Assembly (NCBI GenBank): GCA_039794085.1 | Contig: JBDIWC010000018.1 | Span: forward strand, 8,909 to 72,908 | Origin: Gemmatimonadales bacterium | Lineage (GTDB): Bacteria; Gemmatimonadota; Gemmatimonadetes; Gemmatimonadales; GWC2-71-9 | Reading direction: 5' to 3' | DNA: 64,000 bases | In this document: one piece after another, positions 21,289 through 30,562 of the stretch | How the letters are laid out: every line of letters begins with the position of its first letter | Position numbering within the stretch: the first letter of the stretch is position 1 | Notes under the pieces: model-generated | The model's database searches: none | Seen by the model: the letters and a program-made list of their open reading frames with translations, nothing else | What the model was told of the DNA's origin: nothing | Translations under genes and position numbers: made by a program

Positions 21289-21840
21289 CTACGGTTGGAG
21301 CGTGACCGTGAAGGTGGGAGACAGTCCCGCATCCTCGATGGGACATGCCCCGTCGCCGGGGCAGCTCTGCACCCGGTAGGAGAGGCGCATTTCGCCGCTG
21401 AGGGCGCCGAGTGGTTCCTTCGTGGCGCCATCTCGGGCATTCGGCCCGAGGAGGAGGAGGGTGTCGGTGCGGGTACTCCCGGGCGGCACCAGGATCTGCT
21501 GGTCATGACCCACACAGGCCCAGAACGGACTGTAAGCGGAACCGAACGGATCCGAGGAGTCAACCAACCGGATGCCGTAGATCGGAACGGGAGTGTCCGG
21601 AAAACAACGCGCGAGATACACCGGCTCTCCCCCCTGATTGGCGAACGTCGCAATCACGGTGAATCCGTGCTCTTCGAATGTCCCGGACTCTCCGACGAGG
21701 ACGGCGGTGTAGGCTGCCCGATCAGTGGAAAGCAGCAGATTCCCGGAGTCCGGTCCGGTCGGACTTCCGGACCCGGATGTGCATCCCGCCAGGGCCAGGA
21801 TACTCGCGGCAAACAACACCTCATGCCACTGGAATGTCAT
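21289..21840 (-). CDS. Hypothetical lipoprotein
   Basis: Lipobox LAGC after hydrophobic stretch; GGAGG RBS. Confidence 0.7.
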   Translation of the reverse strand: MTFQWHEVLFAASILALAGCTSGSGSPTGPDSGNLLLSTDRAAYTAVLVGESGTFEEHGFTVIATFANQGGEPVYLARCFPDTPVPIYGIRLVDSSDPFGSAYSPFWACVGHDQQILVPPGSTRTDTLLLLGPNARDGATKEPLGALSGEMRLSYRVQSCPGDGACPIEDAGLSPTFTVTLQP

Positions 21841-21876
21841 GGACACCTCCAAGTGTTCCCATTCCCTGGGGACCGC

Positions 21877-22299
21877 TCACTCCTCCTCCAGGGTGACGAC
21901 CTCGCTGACGCGCAACTTCAGGGCGTCAGCCACCGCCTGCAGGCGCTCGATCGATACACCGGCGTAGCGTGTAGCCTCGTAGCGCTGGATCTGCTGCTCC
22001 GCCACTGCCATTCTCTCGGCCAGGGCCCTCTGTGTCAATTTACGGATGATCCGCGCCTTCACAAGCGCGTCACCGATCCCCGTGATCGAGTCCACCGTGA
22101 AGGACTCGATCGGGCCACTGCGCAAAGCCTCGTACTGAGCCAGCTGCTCTTCGAGTTCCGCGAGCTGACTCTGGGCTCCATCACGCATCGCCTGGAGCGC
22201 TTTCGGGTGCAAGCCCTCGGCGGGCGCCGCGGACAATGCCTCACGGAACTTCGCCGCCTGGGCCTGCGTGATCTGATACTGCCTCTCGTTGGTGATCAT
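21877..22299 (-). CDS. XRE-family HTH protein (putative antitoxin/autorepressor)
   Basis: MITNERQY N-terminus, coiled coil, ARIIRKLTQRALAERMAVAEQQIQRYE HTH; start overlaps upstream stop (ATGA). Confidence 0.85.
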   Translation of the reverse strand: MITNERQYQITQAQAAKFREALSAAPAEGLHPKALQAMRDGAQSQLAELEEQLAQYEALRSGPIESFTVDSITGIGDALVKARIIRKLTQRALAERMAVAEQQIQRYEATRYAGVSIERLQAVADALKLRVSEVVTLEEE

Positions 22300-22751
22300 G
22301 TCATGTCCTTGAGGTCGAGCTGCACGATTCCCTTCGGTCTTCCATCCCGGTCGTGTTGAAAGAAGTCGAGGAACCGAGTCCCCAGCCCGTCGGCGACAGT
22401 CGTCGCGAGGAAGAACTCGCCATGGAACCTGGCTTTCTGGGCTTCGCGGTGGCCCTGGAAGTTGAGCAGCACCGGGTCCAACGCTTCGAAATCCACGCCA
22501 TCAGGATCCCAGCACCCATCGAAATCGCCGGGGATCTCCTTGGATGTGACGAAGCTGCCGTCGATGAACACGCGCCGACACCCCGCCGCCCGGAGTGCTT
22601 GCAGTGCCCGCTGCAAGCCCGCAAGGATTTCGCGTCGCCGCTCGTTGGTTCCAAACCGCTCCACCACCTCCGGCCACGTGCTCCGGTGGATTCCCGGCGG
22701 AAGCTGGTGGTGACCATTCTCACCAGGGGTACTCTCCAGAGACGGAATCAC
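22296..22751 (-). CDS. Nucleotidyltransferase-fold protein (DUF6932-like), putative toxin
   Basis: LPPGIH, IDGSFVTSKEIPGDFD (GS...DxD), C-terminal PKGIV. Confidence 0.75.
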   Translation of the reverse strand: MIPSLESTPGENGHHQLPPGIHRSTWPEVVERFGTNERRREILAGLQRALQALRAAGCRRVFIDGSFVTSKEIPGDFDGCWDPDGVDFEALDPVLLNFQGHREAQKARFHGEFFLATTVADGLGTRFLDFFQHDRDGRPKGIVQLDLKDMT

Positions 22752-22775
22752 GACACAACATTATCGTTGTGTCGT
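22750..22775. promoter_or_regulatory. Inverted-repeat operator over the start of the DUF6932/XRE operon
   Basis: ACGACACAAC-ATTATC-GTTGTGTCGT with perfect 10-bp arms; loop reads GATAAT (-10-like) on the minus strand. Confidence 0.65.
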
Positions 22776-22915
22776 TCCGAAAGCAATACCCAAGCTGCCC
22801 GCGACATCGCCTGGCTCAAGAGGTTCAGTGTGCAACATCGACGAGGCCCGCCCTTGCCCGGCAGAACGACCCCCAATTCGATCCCCACCGCTCGAACCCT
22901 CATCCGCAGGACGGC

Positions 22916-22933
22916 TTGTGAAATATCTCACAA
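22916..22933. promoter_or_regulatory. Second Rex/CRP-type palindrome TTGTGAAATATCTCACAA
   Basis: One mismatch to the site at 4846-4863. Confidence 0.5.
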
Positions 22934-23169
22934 ATGTCCGCGGGAACCTTGCGCGATTCGAGATCCCCAGGTGATTATGGAAGCGTGCCCCTGAGTGGGG
23001 GTCACCGCGGCGATTTGAGGCGATTGCATCCGCGATACCAACCTGCTAAAACCGCTCCTGAGTCTCCGACGATCACCGTCGGCGCTCTTTCGGTTGTGCC
23101 GGTCGGGTGGTCGTGGTTCCAGCGTTCTCCGCGTCGCGTTCCGTTCCCATCCGACCGGAGGACCGTCCC

Positions 23170-23571
23170 ATGGACCGCGCCACCTTCATTCGTCAGACCG
23201 TGTCATCCCTCCTCATCCTTTCTGCCGTGCCCACGGTGGCCCCGGCGGCGGTCGCCGAGCCGCAGGAAACCGGGCTCCGGCGCTGTGCCCGCTGTGGATG
23301 GCGCCGGGGCCAGGTGCGATCCGACAGGCCCGACCGATCCCTGGTGCGGGTCGGGTGCCCCTGCGAGCGGGCCATCGTCTGCCTGGGCTGCGGGGAGATG
23401 GACCTCGAGCACTGGCTCGGCCCCTATTACTTCGATGAATCGAGGGGGCGGGTCATGCACAAGATGTTCATGTTTCCGGCATTGCACCGCTGCCCCGGTG
23501 GGAGGCGCTCCCCGGGACAGCGGAGGGCCGCGCCGGGCGAGCCGATTCCGGGGCCGGCTGCCGGAGGCTGA
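23170..23571 (+). CDS. Small Cys-rich hypothetical protein with export-signal-like N-terminus
   Basis: GGAGGA RBS, MDRATFIR plus hydrophobic stretch, CxxC, CxC, CxxC, HxC. Confidence 0.55.
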   Translation: MDRATFIRQTVSSLLILSAVPTVAPAAVAEPQETGLRRCARCGWRRGQVRSDRPDRSLVRVGCPCERAIVCLGCGEMDLEHWLGPYYFDESRGRVMHKMFMFPALHRCPGGRRSPGQRRAAPGEPIPGPAAGG

Positions 23572-23831
23572 CCCGTTTGAGTTCACCAGACGTTTCACCG
23601 TTGAGTTCTTCCGGCCTCGGCATGTATTCATGTCCCGCCGGAGCACCTCTCCCCATTCCCAGAGCCAACCACAAGAAGCACAAAAGGCACGAACGTCTCT
23701 CGAACCCTGGTGGGCCGCTCCGCACAGAGGGTGTGCCCTTTGTGACTTCTGTGCTTTTTGTGGCCAGGCCATTTCCCCTCGCACGGCGCGGTCAATGCCC
23801 GATCGACGTGTCTCTCACCCGCGCGACACGT

Positions 23832-23948
23832 TGAAGAGCCCCAAATGGCCGGCCGTCACAAACGCCGTGCCTCACACGGCCGACGAGGTTCCGGGCGTCG
23901 CCCCCAATATTGTTGCCGTTTGTGTCCAATGTTGTCCGTCAGGGACTA
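23832..23948 (-). repeat. ~120-nt structured element, copy 1 (second copy 63879-63998)
   Basis: Minus strand: TAGTCCCTGACGGACAACATTGGACACAAACGGCAACAATATT...GGGGCTCTTCA. Confidence 0.8.
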
Positions 23949-24344
23949 TCTGGACCTATGCGCCTCCAGTTCGATTTCGATCATGAACTCCGGCAAAGCG
24001 AGCCCCTTGACCTCCAGCCAGGTGCCAGTGGGAAAGTGCCTGGTATAGATCGTATTCCGATATGACGCGACCTCAAGAAACGTCGCCATGTTCGTCGTAA
24101 AAACGTCTTCGACGATCACGTCGTCGAAGGTACAGCCGTAGTGCTTCAATACCGTGTCCAGGTCGGCGTAGGCATTCTTCATCTGCTGCTCCAGATTGCC
24201 CACGGCCGTCGGTGTGCCTTCGGCGTCCATGCTCACCGCACCGGAGATCTTGATGTGATTCCCGATCCGTACGGCATGCGTGTAGCCGTAGGCCTTTTCG
24301 ACCTCCGGCCGCAACTGGAAGTACTCGGGCGCGTCAGCCATCAT
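23946..24344 (-). CDS. RidA/YjgF/Rid family protein
   Basis: YGYTHAVRIG, ISGAV, EVKGLALPEFMIEIELEA. Confidence 0.88.
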   Translation of the reverse strand: MMADAPEYFQLRPEVEKAYGYTHAVRIGNHIKISGAVSMDAEGTPTAVGNLEQQMKNAYADLDTVLKHYGCTFDDVIVEDVFTTNMATFLEVASYRNTIYTRHFPTGTWLEVKGLALPEFMIEIELEAHRSR

Positions 24345-24410
24345 CGTGGTTCTCCTTAATGGTCACGGTGGAGTCCCTTCGGTTTCCGGGCGTCGAGCGC
24401 CCGCCCGGGT

Positions 24411-25232
24411 TCAGACCTCTTCTCGCACCTGCGCATAGGTAAGGACGGCAAACATCCCGGTACCTCCCAGGGCATTGCCGAGAAAGGCCGGCAGGATTCC
24501 CTTGCCCACGGCCGCGAACGGATCGAGGTCGCCGTGCAGGACCAACACAAAAAGCTCGGTGGAACCGGCGACCACGTGGGACAGACCACCGAGCCCGATC
24601 ATGTAGGTCAGGATCAGGATCGTCAGCACCTCTCCACCCGCATCCATCCGCGGGAGGATCCACACGAGGGAGGCGATCAGAAACCCGGCCGGCATGCCCC
24701 AGGTCAGATGGTGGCCGGCGCTGGCGCTCCCATAGTGTCGCGCGATCGTCAGGATGCTCTCCAGATGTGGCGCGGGGACAATATCCCCAAAGACAAGCAA
24801 GGCAGCGGCCAGCAGGCAGCCCGTCATGTTCGCGCTGAAGACGATCCCCCAGAGGCGCGCTGTCCGGAGGAAGATTGTGCGAGTTGGCCGGTGGAACAGT
24901 GAGAGAATCGGCGTCACGGTGTTTTCCGTGAACAGTTGCATCCGACCGAGGATGACGATGAGAAATCCGACGGGATACCCGAGGCTCACCACGGCGGGGG
25001 TCCAGGGCGCGTCGGGCAGCACGGTTCGGAGAAAGCCCATGGACACCACGGACACGCTGATGGCGACCCCGGCGGTGACGCCTGACCACCAGAGCGCGCC
25101 AAACGAGCGGGACAGCTCATGGTCTCCCTCCGCGCGGATGGCTTCGTAGATGATGGAGGTCTTGACCCCCGTCATCTCCTCGGCCTGTGCGCGCTCCCCC
25201 TTATCGAGCCCCGATCGCTTCTGCGACATCAC
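24411..25232 (-). CDS. Formate/nitrite transporter family protein (YfdC-like)
   Basis: GYPVGFLIVILGRMQLFTENT, LSHVVAGS, LGNALGG. Confidence 0.88.
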   Translation of the reverse strand: MMSQKRSGLDKGERAQAEEMTGVKTSIIYEAIRAEGDHELSRSFGALWWSGVTAGVAISVSVVSMGFLRTVLPDAPWTPAVVSLGYPVGFLIVILGRMQLFTENTVTPILSLFHRPTRTIFLRTARLWGIVFSANMTGCLLAAALLVFGDIVPAPHLESILTIARHYGSASAGHHLTWGMPAGFLIASLVWILPRMDAGGEVLTILILTYMIGLGGLSHVVAGSTELFVLVLHGDLDPFAAVGKGILPAFLGNALGGTGMFAVLTYAQVREEV

Positions 25233-25333
25233 AGAACCCCTTTCCGGAACAATCCAGCGCCCCCCGGCTCGACGCCGGGCCAGGCGAGTCAGCGGGTGTG
25301 TGGCTGTGTGGTGTGGGACGAGTCCATGGTGCA

Positions 25334-25465
25334 GCCTAACGATCCTGTGCTGAGCGTCGAGTGCCTATTGGGTGGACGTTCGGGCGGCGCAAAGGAAACA
25401 ATCCAGACGCGCGCCCGGTCATTCCGCCATCCATCGCGCTCACGAACTCCAGCGCGTGGTAAGAC
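25334..25465 (-). mobile_element. Integron attC site ending the mrr cassette
   Basis: Minus strand GTCTTAC-CACGCG-CTGGAG ... CTCAG-CACAGGATC-GTTAGGC, 132 bp, starting 4 nt after the mrr stop. Confidence 0.8.
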
Positions 25466-25469
25466 CGCG

Positions 25470-26330
25470 TCACGACCGATACTCGTCAAAGAAAGTCTGA
25501 TTCACGTCGTATGTGGTACGCGGGTGGAGGCCGAGCTCCAGGTGCTCGAGGAGATCTACGAGTGCTTCGCCATCGACGAGTTCAATGGGCGGGACTCCGT
25601 CCCGCACTGCCTCACGTTTGGCATCCGCGGAGAACGACGCGGTTGTAAGAATGAGTCCCTTGTCGGTCCTCCCCATCATGGCGCCACGAAAGTCACGCAC
25701 GACTCCCGGCCCCACGGTGCTGGAGTATCTCTTGCACTGAAACAGAACCTTAAAGCTGACGAAGGGATTCAGCTGAAGTATCCCGATCCCATCGATACCG
25801 CCGTCGCCCGATTGTCCCGTGACTGTAACCTGCTCGAATCCAGCTTCCCTAAGGAGCCGCTGGCAAAGGCGCTCGAATCCGTTGGCCGGCAAACCCTGCA
25901 AGGTGGCCAGTACTCGGGTACGATAGTCGCCATCGGCTTCGTCCGGCGGTCGCTCTGCGGCCTGCCCAGCTTCGGCTTCGTCATCCGACCCACCCTTCCG
26001 GCCCCATTCCGCAATGACACCCCTGACCAGATGGTCGATCTCGGGGCCCGACAGACGATCGGTCGCACGCCCTTTCGCCGTGAGCGCCCAGACGCCACGT
26101 CGTGACGCATCGATATAGCCAGCCCGGACGAGATAATAGCGAGCCCATCCCACCTGATTGTCGAACCTGGATTGGCCGTTCTCAAGACGCTCCTCCAACA
26201 CGGCATCATCGACTTTCAGGTATTCGGCTACTGCTGCCCTGGTTTCCGAAGCTTTTGCGGACCCCCCAAGCTCGCGAAGGACTGCCAAGAGGGGATTGAT
26301 GTACTGGGCGAACTGAGATCCGATGGCCAT
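25470..26330 (-). CDS. mrr: Mrr-family type IV restriction endonuclease (Mrr_N + Mrr_cat), integron cassette
   Basis: FDNQVGWAR, SRRGVWALT, FERLCQRLL, DGGIDG, QCKRY, VRDFRGAM, IELVDG. Confidence 0.93.
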   Translation of the reverse strand: MAIGSQFAQYINPLLAVLRELGGSAKASETRAAVAEYLKVDDAVLEERLENGQSRFDNQVGWARYYLVRAGYIDASRRGVWALTAKGRATDRLSGPEIDHLVRGVIAEWGRKGGSDDEAEAGQAAERPPDEADGDYRTRVLATLQGLPANGFERLCQRLLREAGFEQVTVTGQSGDGGIDGIGILQLNPFVSFKVLFQCKRYSSTVGPGVVRDFRGAMMGRTDKGLILTTASFSADAKREAVRDGVPPIELVDGEALVDLLEHLELGLHPRTTYDVNQTFFDEYRS

Positions 26331-26354
26331 TCGATCCGATCGCTGTCTGACGCG

Positions 26355-26410
26355 GTCTAACTTGTTAATCGGTGGATGGGGACGTTACCACCGTCCAGAT
26401 ATGCCCGCAA
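26355..26410 (-). promoter_or_regulatory. Putative cassette promoter (TTGCGG-N17-TAACGT) and attI-like core GTTAGAC
   Basis: -35 at 26405-26410, -10 at 26382-26387, ACCGA, then GTTAGAC at 26355-26361. Confidence 0.7.
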
Positions 26411-26444
26411 GACAGGCCTCCGGTCCTTCCTCGGTGCCCGGAAC

Positions 26445-26519
26445 GTCCACCGGGCTTCGGACCACCAACCCACCCCGGTTGAGAACGGCGGTGGAGATCA
26501 GCGTGGTGCTCAGGTCGCT
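26445..26519 (-). pseudogene. intI: Integron integrase C-terminal remnant
   Basis: SDLSTTLISTAVLNRGGLVVRSPVD versus the IntI C-terminal pattern HxDVxTTMIYTHVLNRGgxgVxSPlD; catalytic Tyr position is TCC (Ser). Confidence 0.75.
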
Positions 26520-26756
26520 CCAAGCGATCACAGATCGCCTCAGAGGGTGCGCCGCAAGCAGCGCACCCACGGGTTGACACCGTCACCTTGTACGGGCCGT
26601 CTGCGAACCCCTCCCGCCCACCGCCCACCGCTGACCGCCTTTCGTTGCCACCTGGCGCTCGGGCGACGCGACCGCGTCGCCCCAAGGACGACGCATGCGT
26701 CGCCCCTACACCTACTCCCTATTCCCTACTCCCTACTCCCTTTACTTTCCCAACCC

Positions 26757-27236
26757 ATGCTCGATGCCATCATGACCTTCTTCCGGGGACACCTCGCCGG
26801 GCCCGACACCCCCACGGCCGACCCCGACGACCCCACTCGCCTGCGGCAGGCCGCCTGTGCCCTCCTGGTCGAGCTGGCCTGGGCCGACGGCGGCTTTTCC
26901 GACACCGAACGGAGTCAGCTCACCCGGTCCCTCGAAACCCGCATGGGGCTCGACCCCGACACCGCGTCCGAGCTCATCGCCCTCGCCGAGGCCGAACGGC
27001 ACACCGCGCACGATTACTACCAGTTCACCTCGCTCGTCGCCCAGCATTTCAGTGCCCGGGAAAAGCACCTCCTCCTCGAGGTGATGTGGGAACTGATCCT
27101 CGCCGACGGCACCATCAGCCGCGCCGAGGATCATCTGATTCGCCGGGTGGCTCCCCTGCTCGGCCTCGAGACCCGCAGCGTGGCCGACGCCAAGGCCCGT
27201 GTGCTCCAACGCACTCCATCCCCTCCGGGAGAATGA
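26757..27236 (+). CDS. TerB-family tellurite resistance-like protein
   Basis: AACALLVELAWADG, DYYQFTSLV, MWELILADG..SRAEDHLIRRVA.LLG. Confidence 0.85.
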   Translation: MLDAIMTFFRGHLAGPDTPTADPDDPTRLRQAACALLVELAWADGGFSDTERSQLTRSLETRMGLDPDTASELIALAEAERHTAHDYYQFTSLVAQHFSAREKHLLLEVMWELILADGTISRAEDHLIRRVAPLLGLETRSVADAKARVLQRTPSPPGE

Positions 27237-30200
27237 CCATGCTCCGTCCGCTCTTCGCCGTCTCCCTCCTGCTGTGCAGCACGACGGGACCGCTTGTGGC
27301 CCAGGATGAGGCGCCCGCCAGCCGGGGGGGACGAGCCCGGGAAAAGCCCCTCCCGCTGGAGGCGGCTCGATCGGCGCGCATCACCACCGATCAGGTCTCC
27401 TGGATGTCCCTCGACCTGAGCCCCGACGGCCAGACCCTCGTGTTCGACGCTCTCGGCGATCTCTACACCCTCCCCGTCACCGGTGACACCCCGACCCGCC
27501 TCACCTCCGGCCTCGCCTTCGACGGGCAGCCCCGGTTCAGCCCCGACGGAAAGCGGATCGTCTTCGTGTCCGACCGGAGCGGCGGGGACAATGTCTGGAT
27601 CATGTCCCTGGATGGCAAAGACACGGTGCAGGTCACCAAGGGGAACACCAACCAGTACCACTCCCCCGAGTGGACCCCCGATGGGGAATACATCGTCGTC
27701 TCCCGCTCCGGCCAGGGGGGTGCCAAGCTCTATCTCTACCATGCCACCGGCGGATCGGGCGCCCGGCTCGGCGGGCAACCCGACAATGCCCGCAGCATCG
27801 GCGCGGCCTTCGGGCCCGATCCCCGGTACATCTGGTATGCCACCCGTACCGGCGACCATACCTACAACGCCGTGCTCCCCACCTATCAGCTTGGGCTTTA
27901 CGACCGGGAAACCGGCACCCGCACCGCGATGACCTCGCGGCAGGGAGGGGGATTCCGGCCCGCGCTCTCGCCGGATGGGAAATGGCTCGCCTACGGAAGC
28001 CGCCACGACTCCAACACCGGTCTCCGGCTCCGCGATCTCGCCACCGGCGACGAACGGTGGCTCGCCTTTCCCATTCAGCGGGATGACATCGAGTCCCGTG
28101 CCACCCAGGATGCCCTCCCCGGCTACACCTTCACACCCGACAGCCGGACCGTGATCATGAGCTACCATGGGCAGATCTGGCGGGTGCCGGTGGACGGTGC
28201 CGCCGCGACGCGCATCCCGTTCACGCTGGAGACGGAGGTGGCGATCGGGCCCGAGGTCCGCTTCGACTATCCGGTGGAGGACAGCGCCCAGTTCACCGTG
28301 CGCCAGATCCGCGATGCCGTGCCCTCGCCCGATGGCCGCCGGCTCGCCTTCTCCGCGCTGGGCAAGCTCTACGTGATGGACTGGCCTGCCGGTACCCCGC
28401 GGCGGCTCACCACTCTCCCCTACGAGGAGCACTACCCGGCCTGGTCGCCCGATGGCCGGGAGATCGCCTTCGTGACCTGGGCCGATTCCTCGGGCGGGCA
28501 TCTCTACAAGGTGGCCTCCATCGGGAGTGCCCGTTCCACGCGACTCACCCGCACCGCGGGAGCATACGTCGAGACCGCGTGGTCGCCCGACGGCGCCCGG
28601 ATCGTGTCGATCAAGTCCCCGGCGCGGGAGATGCGCGAGGAGCTGCAGCGCTTCTCGCCGGGACAGGGGGCCGAGTTCGTGTGGGTCCCCGCGGCCGGTG
28701 GCGAGCTGACGGTGATTGCCCAGACCCGCGGTCGGCGGGTGCCACATTTTACAAGGGATTCCACCCGGCTCTGGGCCTACAGCGGAGGGGGCGGGCTGGT
28801 GTCGATGCGATGGGATGGCACCGATGTGAAGGAGCATCTCAAGGTGACCGGTCAGTCCCAGCCCGGGTCCACCCAGGCGCCCCCCGCCGCGCTGATCCGC
28901 ATGGCTCCCGTGGGTAATCAGGCGCTGGCTCAGGTCGGGATGGACATCTTTGTGGTGACGGTGCCGCTGGTCGGCGGGACGGTGCCGACGGTGTCGGTGG
29001 CCAACCCCGACAACGCGGCCTTCCCGGTGAAGAAGCTGACGGAGATCGGAGGCGAGTTCGCCCACTGGAGCGCCGACGGCCGGAAGGTGCACTGGTCGAT
29101 CGGGAACGCGCACCTGGTGTACGATCTCGACCGGGCGAAGGCGGTGGAGGACAGCGTGCGCGCCGCTCGGGCCACCCGCCCGGCCAACGACAGCACCGCC
29201 CGCCCGGCCAACGACACGACACGCGCCGGAGGGTACCAACCCGAGGAACGGCGCATCATCATCCGCGCGGCCCGCGACATTCCCCGCGGAACGGTCGTGC
29301 TCCGGGGAGGTCGGGCCATCACGATGCGGGGGCGGGAGATCATTGAGAACGCCGACATCGTCGTCACCGACAATCGGATCGTGGCGGTCGGAGCCCGCGG
29401 CCAGGTGACCATTCCCGCCGGCGCCCGGGAGATCGACGTGACCGGAAAGATCATCCTCCCCGGCTTCGTCGACACCCATTCCCACCTGCGGCACACGCCG
29501 GGCGTGCACAAGGATGCGCTCTGGGCGTATCTCGCCAACCTCGCCTATGGCGTCACCACCATGCGGGACCCCCAGACCGCCACCACCGACGTGCTCACCT
29601 ACGCCGACCGGGTGGACGCCGGTACCCTCCTCGGTCCCCGGGTCTACTCGACGGGCCCCGGCGTCTTTGCCGGCGAGAACATCGAGAGTCTCGACCACGC
29701 GCGGAACGTGCTCAAGCGCTACAGCCAATACTACGACACCAAGACGCTGAAGATGTACATGACGGGGAATCGCCAGCAGCGGCAATGGGTGATCATGGCG
29801 GCCCGCGAGCTCCAACTGATGCCCACCACCGAGGGGGGAATCGACTTCAAGCTGGAACTCACCCACGCGATGGACGGGTATGCGGGGCTGGAGCATTCGC
29901 TCCCCGTGGCCCCACTCTATCGCGACGTGGTGGAGCTGTTCAAGACGTCCAAGACGGCGTACACTCCGACCCTGCTCGTGTCGTACGGCGGGCCCTGGGC
30001 GGAGAACTACTACTATGCCACCGAGCAGCCGCACAATGATGCGAAGCTCCGGCGCTTCACTCCGGGGGACGAACTTGACGGGAAGACCCGCCGTCGCGGC
30101 GGGGGAACCTCCGCGGGGTGGTTCATGCCCGACGAGCATGTCTTCAACCGCCATGCCAACTTCGTGCGGGACCTGGTGGAAGTGGGGGGATGGGCCGGGG

Positions 30201-30562
30201 TCGGGAGCCACGGCCAGCTCCAGGGCTTGGGCTACCACTGGGAACTCTGGTCGGTGCAGTCCGGCGGAGCCACCCAATTCGACGCCCTTCGCATGGCCAC
30301 CATTCTCGGCGCCCAGGCACTCGGCTTCGGGAATGATCTGGGAAGTCTGGAACCGGGCAAGCTCGCCGACCTCCTGGTGCTCGACCGGGACCCAACCGAG
30401 AACATCCGGAACTCCAACTCGGTGCGGATGGTGATGAAGAATGGCCGCCTCTACGACGCGGACACCCTGAACCAGGTCTGGCCCACGGCGGTGCCCCTGC
30501 CGCCCCTCGGCTGGGGGCACGATGATCCGGATGTGAAGGCCGGGGTGGGCAGGCGGCCGTAG
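27233..30562 (+). CDS. Secreted PD40/TolB-repeat beta-propeller plus amidohydrolase fusion
   Basis: Repeated SPDG motifs, PGFVDTHSH, YGVTT, GSHGQLQG, GSLEPGKLADL. Confidence 0.92.
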   Translation: MTMLRPLFAVSLLLCSTTGPLVAQDEAPASRGGRAREKPLPLEAARSARITTDQVSWMSLDLSPDGQTLVFDALGDLYTLPVTGDTPTRLTSGLAFDGQPRFSPDGKRIVFVSDRSGGDNVWIMSLDGKDTVQVTKGNTNQYHSPEWTPDGEYIVVSRSGQGGAKLYLYHATGGSGARLGGQPDNARSIGAAFGPDPRYIWYATRTGDHTYNAVLPTYQLGLYDRETGTRTAMTSRQGGGFRPALSPDGKWLAYGSRHDSNTGLRLRDLATGDERWLAFPIQRDDIESRATQDALPGYTFTPDSRTVIMSYHGQIWRVPVDGAAATRIPFTLETEVAIGPEVRFDYPVEDSAQFTVRQIRDAVPSPDGRRLAFSALGKLYVMDWPAGTPRRLTTLPYEEHYPAWSPDGREIAFVTWADSSGGHLYKVASIGSARSTRLTRTAGAYVETAWSPDGARIVSIKSPAREMREELQRFSPGQGAEFVWVPAAGGELTVIAQTRGRRVPHFTRDSTRLWAYSGGGGLVSMRWDGTDVKEHLKVTGQSQPGSTQAPPAALIRMAPVGNQALAQVGMDIFVVTVPLVGGTVPTVSVANPDNAAFPVKKLTEIGGEFAHWSADGRKVHWSIGNAHLVYDLDRAKAVEDSVRAARATRPANDSTARPANDTTRAGGYQPEERRIIIRAARDIPRGTVVLRGGRAITMRGREIIENADIVVTDNRIVAVGARGQVTIPAGAREIDVTGKIILPGFVDTHSHLRHTPGVHKDALWAYLANLAYGVTTMRDPQTATTDVLTYADRVDAGTLLGPRVYSTGPGVFAGENIESLDHARNVLKRYSQYYDTKTLKMYMTGNRQQRQWVIMAARELQLMPTTEGGIDFKLELTHAMDGYAGLEHSLPVAPLYRDVVELFKTSKTAYTPTLLVSYGGPWAENYYYATEQPHNDAKLRRFTPGDELDGKTRRRGGGTSAGWFMPDEHVFNRHANFVRDLVEVGGWAGVGSHGQLQGLGYHWELWSVQSGGATQFDALRMATILGAQALGFGNDLGSLEPGKLADLLVLDRDPTENIRNSNSVRMVMKNGRLYDADTLNQVWPTAVPLPPLGWGHDDPDVKAGVGRRP

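Noticed and set aside
23832..23948. Hammerhead ribozyme (CTGACG-like core)
   Set aside because: The core is not CUGANGA, is not conserved in the second copy (CTTACGG), and no properly placed GAAA was seen.
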